From the NCBI GenBank assembly GCA_973895155.1, contig OZ316891.1, positions 31,813,112 through 31,877,111 on the forward strand: a DNA stretch of 64,000 bases, read 5' to 3'. Shown one piece after another: positions 39,022 through 51,551 of this stretch. Position 1 is the stretch's first letter, and each line of letters opens with the position of its first letter. Source of the stretch: Marsupella aquatica (Eukaryota > Plantae > Marchantiophyta). A program made the position numbers and the translations under genes. The notes beneath the pieces were generated by a model. The model saw nothing but the letters and a program-made list of their open reading frames with translations. It was not told the origin of the DNA and searched no databases.

Positions 39022-40146
39022 TCAAACATGACTAGTATTAAGTTTAGGACATGCATCTTTATGGTGTCCGGTTTTATAACATAAGGCACACCATACAGAG
39101 CTATCCTCAAGTACTATTTTCTTCTTTGGCTTTACCTCTGCTATTATAGCCTTAAGCTGCTCGGTAAGAGCTACGATGTTATCTGGTGTTTTAGCTTCTA
39201 GCTTGACTTTCAACTTCCCCCTCCTTCTACCCTTCTTTTTCCGAGATTTTTCTTCTTCAGAACTAGAAGATGACTCACTCTTGCTACTTCCACTATCCGA
39301 GCTTGAGTTATCACTCCTTGACTTCTTAGAATGTTTCTTTTTCTTATCTTTTTTCTTATGGGGTGATCCCTCCTCCAACGAGGAACTCTCAGATTTGAGT
39401 TGTTTCTTCCGGCTTGTGATATCCGCATTAATGTACAATTGAATATCTCTTATTGCCTCGGCTAAAGTCTCTGGGTTCTCCTTCCTAATTGCAAAACTCA
39501 TCTTCTGTGGCAAAGCATTCACCAACCATTGCAGTTGCATACCTTCAGATGCATTGGTCTTTGTACATCTTACCAACTTTTGGAAGCGTTGCAAGAACTT
39601 CCTGAAGGATTTGTTTTCCTTGAATCGAAGTCGTCCCAACTTCAGTACTACTAGCTCTGAGGTTCCAATGGGTCGAAACTCCTTAACAAATAGTGATTTG
39701 AAGGTATGCCAGATGGCTTGATCTTCCACATCCAATGCTCTGTACCAAGGCCTAGCCTCACCCTTGAACAGGTTGGGAAGAATCTGCATCTTGATGGCTG
39801 ATTCTCCATTTGCTGCAGCGGTTCCCTTGAAGTCATCCAACCATTCATCCGGATCCTCATCTCCTCTCCCATGAAATGCCTTGTAATGAATGCGCGACCA
39901 TTGGCTCAATCTGGTCCCTGGCCTCTCGTCTGGCCGTGCCTCTGGTTCCCCCATGTCGGTTGGGGACTCGCTTCTCCTTACCAACTCTTCTTCTGGTATG
40001 TCTTCTTTGACGCCACTTTCAATTTCGGAGGTACCAACTCTTTCTGCCCCTCTCAATCGTTGTGTATCATGCCACCCGGCGAGCTGCTGCAGACGAGCTC
40101 TCTCCCGTTGAATCGCTCTTTCCTCCCTTGGTGTAGGTTCAGTCAT
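39022..40146 (-). CDS. gag: Gypsy gag
   Basis: FHGRGDEDPDEWL, GEARPWY retrotransposon-gag core, Lys/Ser-rich linker, CALCYKTGHHKDAC knuckle; follows a PBS. Confidence 0.9.
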   Translation of the reverse strand: MTEPTPREERAIQRERARLQQLAGWHDTQRLRGAERVGTSEIESGVKEDIPEEELVRRSESPTDMGEPEARPDERPGTRLSQWSRIHYKAFHGRGDEDPDEWLDDFKGTAAANGESAIKMQILPNLFKGEARPWYRALDVEDQAIWHTFKSLFVKEFRPIGTSELVVLKLGRLRFKENKSFRKFLQRFQKLVRCTKTNASEGMQLQWLVNALPQKMSFAIRKENPETLAEAIRDIQLYINADITSRKKQLKSESSSLEEGSPHKKKDKKKKHSKKSRSDNSSSDSGSSKSESSSSSEEEKSRKKKGRRRGKLKVKLEAKTPDNIVALTEQLKAIIAEVKPKKKIVLEDSSVWCALCYKTGHHKDACPKLNTSHV

Positions 40147-40193
40147 TACCTACGCTTCTTTCCTAACTTCATATCTCACGGCTTAAGAAATGC

Positions 40194-40211
40194 CCCCTCC
40201 ATCTAGCGCCA
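40194..40211 (-). promoter_or_regulatory. Primer-binding site
   Basis: Minus strand ...CACCACA-TTTT-TGGCGCTAGATGGAGGGG, next to the LTR end at 40216. Confidence 0.75.
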
Positions 40212-40857
40212 AAAATGTGGTGCGTCCCATGGCTCCCTAAACCCAAGAAACCCCCCTGCACAAGCCAATTCCCGTAGGTTTCGCTCTTGGCGAGGCCGGT
40301 TCCGCGGCTTAGCGGCATGGGACGCTGCTGAATTCCTTTACTACTATTACTATTAGCATTTTACTCACATATACTGGATAGATCCTTCATTGGGTCATGA
40401 GATACGTAGCCGGCCTCTTCTAGGCCTTCCCTTGTCCTCCTCTCTTGGTTTTCCTTTAGGTATGTTTGGATTCCGCCGTCGGAATGATCCCCAACTGGCT
40501 TGGGTAAGCCGCTAAGACCTCTCTCAGCTCGACACATCCAACTCTTACTACCTTGCTTACTCCCCTCTTGGTTGATGTGGGCAATCTTCAAACAAGTTAA
40601 TGCGACACACAAATAACAAAATGACTCCTTTTGACTGAGTTATACCATGCACTTGCCATACAAACAGTACTTCTCATACACAAGATTTGCGAACTAAGCC
40701 GTGAGGCCAACTCTATTCATCTCTTAGGCACGAGGAAACATGAATATACACAAGGGTCACAGTCTAACTAACCGAGAGCTTCTTTAACTACTTGATCCCA
40801 GCCCTGCTGGTGCACTAAAAACTTGCTAAGGAAGAAGGCCTTGAACACCCTGCTGCC

Positions 40858-41227
40858 CAGGTACTTATCCTGGAAGTGGATCCGCCTGCTTCCTTGCAGC
40901 GTAAGCCTAATCTACCTAACTGTAATCTACCTGTACAACGAGGCAGGAGCACAAGTGTTGCTCTTACCAGTGGATCCGTAATCCCACTAAGCTAAGTGTC
41001 AGGGCGGCCTCTTGGTCCTGATCCTAATTCTAAACTTGGAGATCTGAGCCCGCCCTACCCACTCACGCCTCTTCCCTCCACATCCGCCCTCCTTAAAAGG
41101 AGCGGCCCTCCACCACCGTCATGGCAGTGGTGTCTAGTCCTCAATGGACGCCCCCAACGCTTCTTCCGCAGCCACTGCCGTAGGTCCATTTTCTGACAGA
41201 TTACCTGCTCTGGACCGAGTCAACTCT
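40858..41227 (+). repeat. ~370-bp direct repeat, copy 1
   Basis: AGGTACTTATCCTGG...GGCAGGAGCACAAGTGTTGCTCTTACCAGTGGATCCG...CTGACAGATTACCTGCTC recurs at 44914-45284. Confidence 0.9.
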
Positions 41228-41235
41228 CCTTCGGC

Positions 41236-42204
41236 CTAACTGGGTCCACCCTTGGCTTTGGCTTCACCATCGGCAACGGCTTCTGATACGGCTACGGCCT
41301 CCCCGACATGCTCTAGTGATGGATCTGGTACCTCGGCTTCATCACTGAGTATCCTGGCCTCGGATTCACCATCCTTGCCTTTTAGGGCAGTTGGATCCTC
41401 TGCCGTGACCTTGCCTGACGTTGGTGCCGGTGTTACCTCCTTGGTCACAACAGCTTGAGGAGCCATATTACTCCCTGACCTAGAAGGTTTCCGCTTCTTC
41501 TTCTTCCCTGGTTTGGTAGCTGGCCCCTTCCCCTTGCCACTTACTTCCGGCATTGGTGTGAGTGGCGCAGCTTGTCCTTCGACCAGTACTACTCCTGGTA
41601 ACTTGGTTGCCCCTATTGGAGTTGGGCCTGATGAAGCCAAGCACTTAAATACTGCGGCCTGTTTCTTCAACCGCTCGGTTTGGTTGTCGGCTCGACACTG
41701 TAAGTTCTCCATCTTCCGCGTGCTTTCCTCCAACTCCTTTGACTTGCACTTCGTCCAGGTCCTTGCGCGCCTCTTCCAGCTCCTTCTGGGCTTCCTCCAA
41801 CTCCTTCTTTAAGGTAGCCCTCTCCTCCTGGGTTGCTCTTAGCTCCTTGTCAAGCTTCGTTACGACCTTAGACTCCATTTTATTCATCTTGGCATAAGTC
41901 TGGTCGAGCTGATCGTCTTTCTCACAGAGGTCGGCCTTGAAGCTGGCCGTCAGGGATGCAAGCTCTTGTTGCAGCATAATAATCGCCTGATAGGATTTCC
42001 CTAACTTGGCCTCCTTCGGCTCAAGGGCTCCGCGGATATCCTCGAGCTCCCCCTTCAACGCCCTCTCCCTTCTATGGGTCTCCACCATGGCCCGGTTGTT
42101 GGTCGCTATGTGGGCCTCCTCTGCGTCCCTCAGCTCTTGCTTCCACTTCTCCCTCTCCTTGATCGCATCTGCCAACTCTCCTTGGGTCCGAATCAGATTA
42201 TCCT
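41236..42204 (-). pseudogene. Coiled-coil extra ORF, probably from a Gypsy 3' region, frameshifted and 5' truncated
   Basis: ORFs 41645-42250 and 41236-41733 are E/K/L-rich heptads with a basic patch; cut by the LINE junction. Confidence 0.5.
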
Positions 42205-44915
42205 CCCTAGAGGAAGCAGCTAAAACTGTGAAAGAACTTTTCAATTGCACAATGATGTGCTATTTCACCGATCGCCCGCCTCTGCTCCCGACATTTAAAT
42301 TTTGGGTGAACAAGACCTTTGTTGTGGATTTGAAATGGCCAATCTCTCAAGTTAAGTTTGTGGGGAAAAACTTCTACATGATCATCTTCAAGGACCCTGC
42401 TCACCGCGACTTGACTCTTGTTGAAGCTCCTTGGTTCCTGGATCAAAAGTTCATTTTCACCTTTCCGTGGGATCCTTCTTTTGATATCAAAAGTGAATCG
42501 TACACCCTTCTTCCGGTTTGGATTGAAATTCCTTTCCGGGCTTTAGTTCTAGAGCCGTGCCGCAGGAAGCTGGCTGCATCTTTGGGTGACATTTTACATT
42601 ATATCCAAGGTGAGGAGTTAAGCTCGTACCCCCATGATAGTGCCTGCATCCTGTGGGATACACAACAAGAATTACCACTGAGTGTCGAGGTACTAATCAA
42701 GAATGGGCTTTCTATATGGCAACCGGTGATCTTTAAGAACATTCCCTTTCACTGCTTTCGGTGCAGCAAGAAGGGTCATTTGGCGAGAGATTGCAGAGCC
42801 CACGATGAGGAAGAACCGGCACCTGCTCCGAGCCACCGCACTGCGGACTCTCCCCCTGCCGCGGGTTTAGATTGCCCTTTGAAGGCGCCCAATCCAGAAA
42901 GAGCTACTCAAATGCCGGACCCGTTGTTAGTCCCACCTGCTCCCGATGCTGCAATTAACCCCATTGAGGAACCTGTTGCTAATGTCGAGGCACCCCCCGT
43001 AGAGGCTACATCTTCTGAGATTATACTTTTTGGTAGCATTGGAGGCGTGGATGCTGATCCCTGCTCTGTGGTGACAATTCAGGAGATTGAAGAGGCAGCT
43101 ATTGATACAGTTCCTTGCGACCCCTCTTCGCTTCTACTAGCGTGCGATACTGAATTCCCAAGAGTCATCCATGAGCTTCAAAATTCAGTGCTGCCCTCTG
43201 GGACTCATTTGTGTCCTCTACCTTTGACTCCCATCCCTGATTTGACCACGAATTCAGGTGCTCATGTTGCGGAGATGTTGGTACCATCTTCCCATGGTGG
43301 ATCTGAGGATTTAAATGTCATGGAAGAAGAATTGTCGTCCTCTGATATACCTTCTGATATGGAATTATCAAAATACAAAGACATTGTCTCGCGCTCTGCC
43401 ATTAAGAAGGACCGAGCAAGGAAATTGGCTCGGCGTTCCCCACCTGAAGATAAAAAGAAAGATAAGGGAAAGAAAAAAGCCCAAAAACAACGCTCCTTAC
43501 ATTTCACTTCGGATTCTAAATCGCAGGATACAGCTGGTTGGGTCACACCTGAGAGAAGACTCTCTCAGGAATCGAAGAAGCTATCCATGGCTGATGCTGA
43601 AGGAATTGGTGCTGCCTCGGCGACTTTTGAGTCTCTATCTGCGGACTCAATTCAGAGTCCTCCTCTCGTCCCGACCTTGCTGATGCTGGGACCTGCGGAG
43701 TCCCCGCTCACTCCTTTATGAGGATGCTCTGGTCGCTCTCTCTAAGGAGGGAACTGAGGTGATGGATTTACAAGGAGAATGGGTATTTTCCATTTTGCCT
43801 CTTGGAACGTCTGTGGTCTTTGCAATCCAGATCGGAAACATGTTGTACTCAAGTGGGCCTCCTCTCTACGCCCTCCCCTTGATGTGCTGGCCCTTTAGGA
43901 GATTAAGGTGGAGGGTTTCAGACTGGACACAGTGCTACGAACAATTCTACCCTCTTTTCAGCACTTTTCTCCGCCCCTGATGAGGGCAGGGGCGGAACGG
44001 CTATTTTAATCCATCCTTCTTTCAAGGTGACCTCATCTGGACTCCTTGATGGTGGAAGGGCGGTGTGGATCCAGATGGAACATGCGGAGGGCAATTTTGG
44101 ATTGGTAAGTTTGTACGCGCTAATTCATCTGGAGAAAGATTGCTGTTGTGGAATGATTTGCTCAATGCTTTACTGCAAGCTTGTTGGATTATCTGTGGTG
44201 ATTTCAATATGACCGAGAGGGGTGAAGACTCCACCGGCGCTTCCCCTCTTATCTGTGGCCGCAAGCTGGAATTTTGGCGATTTCTTAAAACTAAATTTGA
44301 CCTCATGGATGTTATCTCCATTCTAGGCCAGGTAACTGGTGCTTCCTTTACCTGGCGCAGGGTCCAAAATGGTAGATTATTCCAGTCTAGGCTTGATCCG
44401 TTTTACTTTAGTGATGAAGGGAGATGGACTGCTGAGATTGTGGATCTCACTCATGATGGGTCATCGGCGCTCTCTGATCATGATCCTGTACTCATTACCT
44501 TCCGTCTTATTCCCCTACCCAGTTTGGCCTCTAATAAGAAGAGAGCTACTTATTTTAAGGCAAACCCCTCTGTTCTTCGGAAGGCAGAGAACTTGAATCT
44601 TTTAGAGGCTGCCTGGCGGGGTGATGGTGTGCCCACTATGGATCCTCATTTACGTTTTGCCAAAACGCATTCCAAAGATTTTAGAAGTGCTTTATGGAGC
44701 TGCAATCTTCGCCGGTGCCCCGGGAGGAAGAGCTGGCAATCCTCAGGAACAAACTTTGCCTCCTCAAAATCTCTATCATGGACAAGCATGCTCTGAGTGA
44801 CTTGCAGGAATTTGCCTATACTGATAACAGTGTTTGCGAAATGGAACTTGAGAATGCATATCACTACCGGCGGCTGTCCCGGATCAACTGGCTTGGCCAG
44901 GGTGAGGAACCCTAG
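42205..44915 (+). mobile_element. L1-clade LINE internal fragment: ORF1 plus endonuclease part of ORF2
   Basis: ORF1 has APWF...LPVWIEIP and CFRCSKKGHLARDC (DUF4283 plus zinc knuckle). ORF2 APE motifs WNVCGL, L*EIK, WIICGDFN, SRLDPF, SDHDPV. No RT or poly(A). Confidence 0.9.
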
Positions 44916-45284
44916 GTACTTATCCTGGTAGTGGATCCGCCTAATTCCTTGCAGCATAAGCCTAATCTATCCTAACTATAATTTGCCTATGTACAGCAAG
45001 GCAGGAGCACAAGTGTTGCTCTTACCAGTGGATCCGCAATCCCACTAAGCTAAGTGTCAGGGCCGCCTCCCGGTCCTGATCCTAATTCTAAACTTGGAGA
45101 TCTGAGCCCGCCCTGCCCACTCACGCCTCCTTCCTCCATGTCCGCCCTCCTTAAAAGGAGTGGCCCTCCACCACCGTCATGGTAGTGGTGGCTGATCCTC
45201 AATGGACGCCCCCAACACTTCCTCCGCAGCCACTACCGTAGGTCCGTCCTCTGACAGATTACCTGCTCCAAACCAAGTCAACTC
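44914..45284 (+). repeat. ~370-bp direct repeat, copy 2
   Basis: High similarity to 40858-41227; ends abruptly at TGTCACG (45285). Confidence 0.9.
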
Positions 45285-45930
45285 TTGTCACGTCGTCGGC
45301 TTTGGCCTTAACTCGGGCTTCAGCTTAGATGGGCACATCCTTCGTAAATATGAGGGTTCGGGCAGGGAGGGAAGCACATAATGCACCTAATTCGTGTAAA
45401 CTAGCGCTAAGTGCATCTACTGTTAGATACGGACACCTCCTAGGTATGGTTTGTGTTCCGCCGCCGGAACATACCTTAGTCGATAGCAGGATCGACCCCG
45501 GCTTAAGGGCTTCTAAGCCTTCATGTTGTCTGCCTTTGATCCGGATTTGATGATACAGGTCCTCAACCCGTGCTTGCAACCACTTACCCGCAAGCTGCAC
45601 CCCGTGCACGACTCGGGTAGTGCGTTCAGCCCGGCGTTGTCACCTATACACGAGATTCACACATACATATACACGCACAAGCATACAATCTCGATTTACA
45701 CGAAGGAAATAGGGGGAAAGGATTTTACTACATAGGGGACATATGCGTACACTTGATTGACCCGATAGCTCTGGAGTGAACAGGTCCAAGGCCAAGGGTG
45801 TACACTACAACGGAGCCCGGCTCCGCACTCTTCCAGCGAGCTTAGTCCTACCCCCTCCCCTTGGTACTCTTCCACTCCCAGAGGTCGGGACTCCTTGCAC
45901 ATACCGCGGATGTCCAATTTGAGACTCAAA
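45285..45930 (-). mobile_element. Probable LTR (right boundary uncertain)
   Basis: Begins TGTCACG exactly where the direct repeat is interrupted; non-coding; lies downstream of the ORF 46182-47393. Confidence 0.4.
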
Positions 45931-46181
45931 AACCCCCCTGCCTCTACCGAGGGGTGCACTAAATACTAAGGGCCGAGGAACGGAGTGGCCTCGCGTTCAA
46001 AGATTTGCTGACTTAGGTCCTAACTAAGCTGACTGTCAGGCCGAAAAATGGCTGTGTCTTATTAGAAGATCCTAATCTACGCAGGCTGGACAGCATGGCA
46101 GTGCTGCTGTAACTAGGGCAGGTGCCTGTCCCAATAGCTTGACTTAGCTATTTCTAACCCTATTCTATTCCTACTCTGCCG

Positions 46182-47393
46182 CTAATGTCTAGCACGCTTG
46201 CCAGAGCCGCCCAAGTGGGAGCGGTCATCCCGCTTCTTGTGAAGTCTATCGTTGTCCGCCTTGAGGAGCTGGACTTGGTCTAGCAGAGATTCGTTCTCTT
46301 GCTTCGCCGCGTCCGTCTCCTCTGCTGCCTCCTGGCATGCCTCCTCCAGCTGCTGGGCGTCGCTCGTCAGCTTGCCCACCAACTGGTCCTGCTTCTCGGC
46401 TTCAGTTTGAAGCCGCGCTACCTTGGCCTGTAGCGTGGCTATCTCCGCAGTGTCCCGCTGGGCCCGTTCTTCGGCCTCCTCCAGGTCTTTCTGCCAGATG
46501 ACAGTTTGATTCTTCAAACTGTCAAGCTGGGTCCGGAGCCGCGCAATCTCGGCCTCGTTCCCAGCCTTGGCCTGTTCGGCTAGGGCGGTAAGGGCGTGCG
46601 CCTTTGCTAACAACTCATCGGCGGCTGCAACCTTGGGTCGTAGTTGTAGAAGCTCAGCCTCTTGAGCTGCAACTTTGTCCTTTAAGTATACGGACTCCAC
46701 CCGGTACCGCTCTATCCTCTGAAGGGCCTCTGACTGGGCCCGACCTGCCTTTACTGCGGCAACTAACTCCTGATTGAAGAAACAGGCTACCTTCCAGGCC
46801 ATGAACTCCCCGGTATCCCGGGCAATCTGTTGAGAGAAATCTCCCAAAAGCCTGTTCAGAAATGTACCCGGTACGAAGAGTTCCGGGTGGTCCAGGTTGT
46901 GCCTGTCCGGATTTGGGCATGGGCAGACGTCAACACGTGCGGGGGCCAGGGTAGTGACATCCAGCCCTGGAGACGTAGTGTTAGAAGGGGCTGGAGTGTC
47001 CTCCTCCAGCAATGTCCGAATAACCACCGGTGGGTCTTCGGGAAACTCGGGCTCGAGTAAGGCCTCCGCGGTCCCGACTTCTATACTTGGCCCGGCCTGG
47101 TTGATCGCATCTACGGCTGCAATTACCGACCCATCCGGTACCTCTTCGGCCACGGCTACAGCAACTTGTGGGGGTGAGGTGGGTGAAGCCTGCGTGGCCA
47201 CTGGACTTCGGGCCTCGGGTTGGGGCCGTCTCTCCAAGGCCGGGAAAACCCACCTAGCTGGGACCAGTTTAGTTACGTTGACATGGGGAAGGGTTTGTCG
47301 ATCAAACCGGGCGTACCACTCGAGAATGATCTCGATGTGGCTTGCGAAATACGCCTTTCCGCCGATGTATAGCGTCTTTCTTTGCCGCTCCAT
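46182..47393 (-). CDS. Coiled-coil hypothetical protein, probable retrotransposon extra ORF
   Basis: 403-aa open frame with Pro-rich middle, long heptad C-terminus and basic tail GKRARH. Confidence 0.55.
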   Translation of the reverse strand: MERQRKTLYIGGKAYFASHIEIILEWYARFDRQTLPHVNVTKLVPARWVFPALERRPQPEARSPVATQASPTSPPQVAVAVAEEVPDGSVIAAVDAINQAGPSIEVGTAEALLEPEFPEDPPVVIRTLLEEDTPAPSNTTSPGLDVTTLAPARVDVCPCPNPDRHNLDHPELFVPGTFLNRLLGDFSQQIARDTGEFMAWKVACFFNQELVAAVKAGRAQSEALQRIERYRVESVYLKDKVAAQEAELLQLRPKVAAADELLAKAHALTALAEQAKAGNEAEIARLRTQLDSLKNQTVIWQKDLEEAEERAQRDTAEIATLQAKVARLQTEAEKQDQLVGKLTSDAQQLEEACQEAAEETDAAKQENESLLDQVQLLKADNDRLHKKRDDRSHLGGSGKRARH

Positions 47394-47675
47394 CTCTTCA
47401 TGGAATTTCTTAGCGAAGTACGATGCCCACCTCCTAGGTCAATAGTTCTTGACCTGGATAACCTGGGCAGCGGAGATCTCACCCCGGGGTTCTATCATGT
47501 GGAGGGCGTACCGTTGGAACTCCAGCCGCTCAGCTATCTCGGGGATGAGACAGATCCTCATCACGAACCCGTTGTCCACTAATCCCTCATAGGGAAAACC
47601 CGAGGATTGGTACTTGGCTCCCTTGTCCCCGGGAGCCCGTGATTCGACGCGGTAGTCACCTTCGGGTAACCCGAA

Positions 47676-48775
47676 GACCTGGCTAAAGATGTGCTAGAGT
47701 CTAGAGTCTCGGCAACAGTAGGTCAACTTTTGAAAAATAGCCTGTACTTCCGAAAGCAGTTAAGGAAGGCGATTCTTGGCAAGCCAAGATTACCCAAGGT
47801 AGCAACCAAATCCAACGTGCTGATGATAGAAGAAGATCAAGGAGCCCCAGCATTACCATTAATGATTCAAGGAGAAATATTACTACGGGTACCCATTGAT
47901 GGAGGATCCGGGGTATGTAGTATGATTGCTTCAACAGCAAAAGGATGGGGTCTAACACCGGAGATGACTGGAAGAGTGTTAAACATGGCCAATGGGTATC
48001 AAGTCATTCCCATGGGAGTGTTAATCGGCATCAAGACGGAGATAGGAGGCATCTTCTTTAGCATTAACTATGTAGTAATGAAGCCGGTAAACCCTACGTC
48101 ATTTCGGCTATTAATTGGCAGGCCATGGCTGTACCTAGCCAAGGTAATAGAAGACTGGGGTAAGAAGGAGTTCACTTTTGGGACCCCCTCTATCACGGTA
48201 TCCTGGGACACTAAGGATGACCGTAGGAAAAGCATCAGGGAAGTAGATGGGTACGACAGTGGACTGGAGTTAGCCGATGAAGTATGTTGGCTAGAATGCC
48301 TCACTGACCTAACCGAAGAAAGTGTCTTTGGACCAAAAGTACCCCCCAGCGGATTATGGCAAGAACCTATGGAAGGTGACTTGGAGGAAGGTGAAGAAGA
48401 GATCGAGGACTGCTTTACAATAGAATCCACCTTTTTAGCTTCATTTCCAGAGGAAGTAAAGAAGGTGGACCAGTTGGATGAAACAGCTAAATGGGGAGCT
48501 GTAGTAGGGACGGTGGATTTTCCTCAAGCGTTGTGGTAGAGCCGACGGGATCCACAACGCCATCGATCATCGGCAACAAATTAAATACAAGGGGATCGGC
48601 TTACAAGCCAATCTCGCGGGCAGAGCAAATTGAGGCCCTACTAGAAGCCGGAAGAGCACGACGACCTGACCCTCAGGAAGCAGGAATAGATGAGATGCAT
48701 GGAAACAACACAGAGCCGAGTCAGGAAGGGAAGCCGACAACTAAATCAAAACCAAGCAGAATGGCAAGGGAACAG
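47676..48775 (+). mobile_element. Inverted protease-region fragment of the same Gypsy family as 36970-38065
   Basis: ORF 47691-48539 (LESRVSATVGQLLKNS...PIDGGSGV...VDFPQALW) is nearly the same protein as 37201-38060 on the minus strand. Confidence 0.9.
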
Positions 48776-50904
48776 TCTTTGGTACACACGGTCCAATAAT
48801 ATTTGAACATGTAATCAATAAGATGTTTGGATGCTATTGGACATGTTTCCATGCTTATCCTCCTTTCGACACCTAATTGGCCATGTGTTTGATTCTAAAT
48901 GGTCATGCAACCATGCAAGGTCTTTTTACACATGCATGTCATATATTCCTATATATTTTGCTATGTCACAAGTCTAGTGGAAAAGTAAAACCACCTAGTA
49001 GGTTTATACTCTAGTTTATGATACTTATTCCTGTAGCCCACAATACTTTATTTAGAAGTGCTTTGTCATCACTCTAATCCATCATAGGATGCCTAAATTT
49101 TGTAACTAGGCATGATGAATCACCAACCTTCACACCCAAACTAGTTACTATGTTAAAACGTAAAAACATATAACCCATTTATGTGCATATGTAAGTGTGG
49201 ATAAGAACAAAGGTTGTGCGGATTCTTCAACCTCCCGAAAGAGTTGCACACCAAAATGATGGACAATGAATTGCCAAAATGAATTTTCTTCATAAGCCGA
49301 AACTAAAATTTAACGTGATTCGGAAATCCAATTGGCGCCCTGTGCACTCCGTCCATTGCTGCTTTCTTGCCTTCGAGTTGTTGCTTCCTCGTCTCGTTCC
49401 TTGTCTCTTTATGAATTGGCAACCCGCTACAAGCATAGATACCCAACTTATGGTCTTATTTGTCATCTTAAGTTGAGATGTTGCAACCCCAAAATATACC
49501 CGTGTAACTTAAGTGTAATGTGTGCACCAAAGTTACCACGACAACGGGTTGTAGGTGTAAAGTTTATTTTTTTGCTTCCTTTGTTTGCCATCGCTACCAT
49601 TGCCGCTCGGAAGGAAGGAATGAGATACTCTTTTGCTTCTTTGCATTTTGTCTTCAGTTGATTTTGCTTATTGTGCTATCGATTCCTGGTCTCGCTTGCT
49701 AAGCTCCCGAGTCTCGATTCCTCTTGAGTTGGATCTTTACTTCCATCAGCTCACCATTGTTGTGTTGCCTTACAAGACGATCAACCCAAGGCCATTCGTA
49801 GTATTCTGTTCTTTCTGTCTTGTTCGTGAAGTGCGGGGAAGGTGCGGGGCTTGGGTGAGACTTTGAGGTTGTCGCCAGCTTGAGACACTGAGGTGGGCGA
49901 GATTGCATTGGCTACAAGTGGAGGGTCCACATTTGAATTTTTTGAAGTTTTGTTTGGTTTTGTCAAGGTGTGCAGCTCTAACTGTTTGAGGCATTTTGAA
50001 GATTGTGTTGCAGCGCGCACTTGGGCTTGGATGCTTAGTTGTAGTATTTGGGAAGTTAAAAGTAATAGTTTTCCCTCAAAGATCACCCACGGTTCGTGTC
50101 GAGGGTAGATTGTTGTAGTTTTTGCTGCTATGAAATTAAGTATTGTTGAATTCTCGTGCCTTTGGTGGATTGTATTGACTTACTCTGGTAGATTCCCTTT
50201 GGAGGATTGTATTGACTTGCCTCTAGTGGATTGTATTCTGTAGTGCCTGATATTTTTAAATTTTTTGCTCGAAATCAAAGGACCAGAAGACTTTGGTGTC
50301 CTAAGGTAATTGTGGCAAAGGACAAATTGGCACAAGATGTTGTCCTCTAAAGGTTGCACGTCCCATGAAGAAGATGTTATCACTCAGAATATGAAAAAAA
50401 AGATTGATACATTTCTCATATCCATGACATTTGATGGGATGAAATTTATGTCCTTTGATCCTCAGGTAACAACTAAGACTATTGTCAAATGTTTGTCTCA
50501 AGCTGAGAGGATAGTCATTGACCTTGAAATTGGTTCTAGAGATGCTATGGTGGTTGGTGAAAGTGTGGCGTGAAACAATTTATATGTTTAGAGTGAGCTT
50601 TCATTACATTGGTCGCGCATTCTAATGTGTGTGTCAGCCTATAAGCTATTGGAAATTGATTTCATATAAGTTTTTAGATCTTATGTTGGAATAAGTGAAT
50701 ACAAAGATGTAATTTTGGAAGCAGATAAACTAAAATAAATAAATAATAAAGTTTTAATTTAAAAAATATAATATTTAAAGATTGAAATGTAAAATATTTG
50801 TTTTTTTAAATTATAGATATGAATAATATTTTTTGGTCTTTTTATTAATGTTTTTTTTGTAAAAATCTATCTAATTTTTTGTTTATGATAACAACTCTTA
50901 CGTA

Positions 50905-51201
50905 CTCGGGGGTCTCACTACATGGGGACCTCCCCATCACCTGCGACGTTTTTAGGCCTTGGACCCCCTAAAATGTAAGAAAAAAATATTATTTTTTAAC
51001 CCCTATAAAGTTGGAATATTCTTAGAATATTCCAAAAATTGGATTAAAAAGGCCCTAATGTTCTTATAAGTCTCAAAATTGAATTTAAAAGACCCTATTG
51101 TTCTTCTACAAAAATTCTTAAGTCTTCCCTTACAACCAATAAAATGACCCTATCCTTCGTCGCACGTGATATGCCATTTTTGTGGAAGTGAAACCCCCGA
51201 G
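50905..51201. mobile_element. 297-bp MITE with 8-bp TSD (hAT- or P-type)
   Basis: TIR CTCGGGGGTCTCACT / AGTGAAACCCCCGAG (14 of 15 match). TSD CTTACGTA at 50897-50904 and 51202-51209. AT-rich interior. Confidence 0.85.
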
Positions 51202-51551
51202 CTTACGTATGTAGGATTTGATGTTGGAATTTTATATCCTGTTCCATAGACAATGTTATTACGAAATGAAAATAAATAATCATTTCTAATAAGTAATAAT
51301 ATTCTATATTCTACAATAATAAAATTTTCAAAAGAAATTTTGATATCAGGATAACTAAGATAACTTAAATAAATTATACTATATTATAATCAACATGAGT
51401 TTGTACACAATGATCTTTACTAATATATAATTAATAAACACTGAGATCTTTATATTTTAGTGCTTCATCAAATATATTTATTTTATAATTGTTTGAACTT
51501 AAATAAAAGATGAGAATCATCTAAAAAACGCTGTAATATTTGTGAACATAA

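Larger units (their letters stand above)
32600..40620 (-). mobile_element. Non-chromoviral Ty3/Gypsy retrotransposon (Phygy/Selgy/Athila-like), 3' LTR not found
   Basis: Order LTR-PBS-gag-ZnK-PR-RT-RH-INT-extra ORF. No second (archaeal-type) RNase H seen. Outer boundaries approximate. Confidence 0.85.

Noticed and set aside
40858-45284. 370-bp direct repeats as LTRs flanking the LINE
   Set aside because: No TG...CA ends, PBS or TSD; they look like internal 3' regions of related elements.
36970-48775. 1.1-kb inverted repeat as TIR or foldback
   Set aside because: Both arms are internal protease-region coding sequence of paralogous Gypsy copies.
48790-50890. Short ORFs and a TTGGCGCC PBS-like word near 49332
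   Set aside because: No recognisable domain, LTR end or termini.
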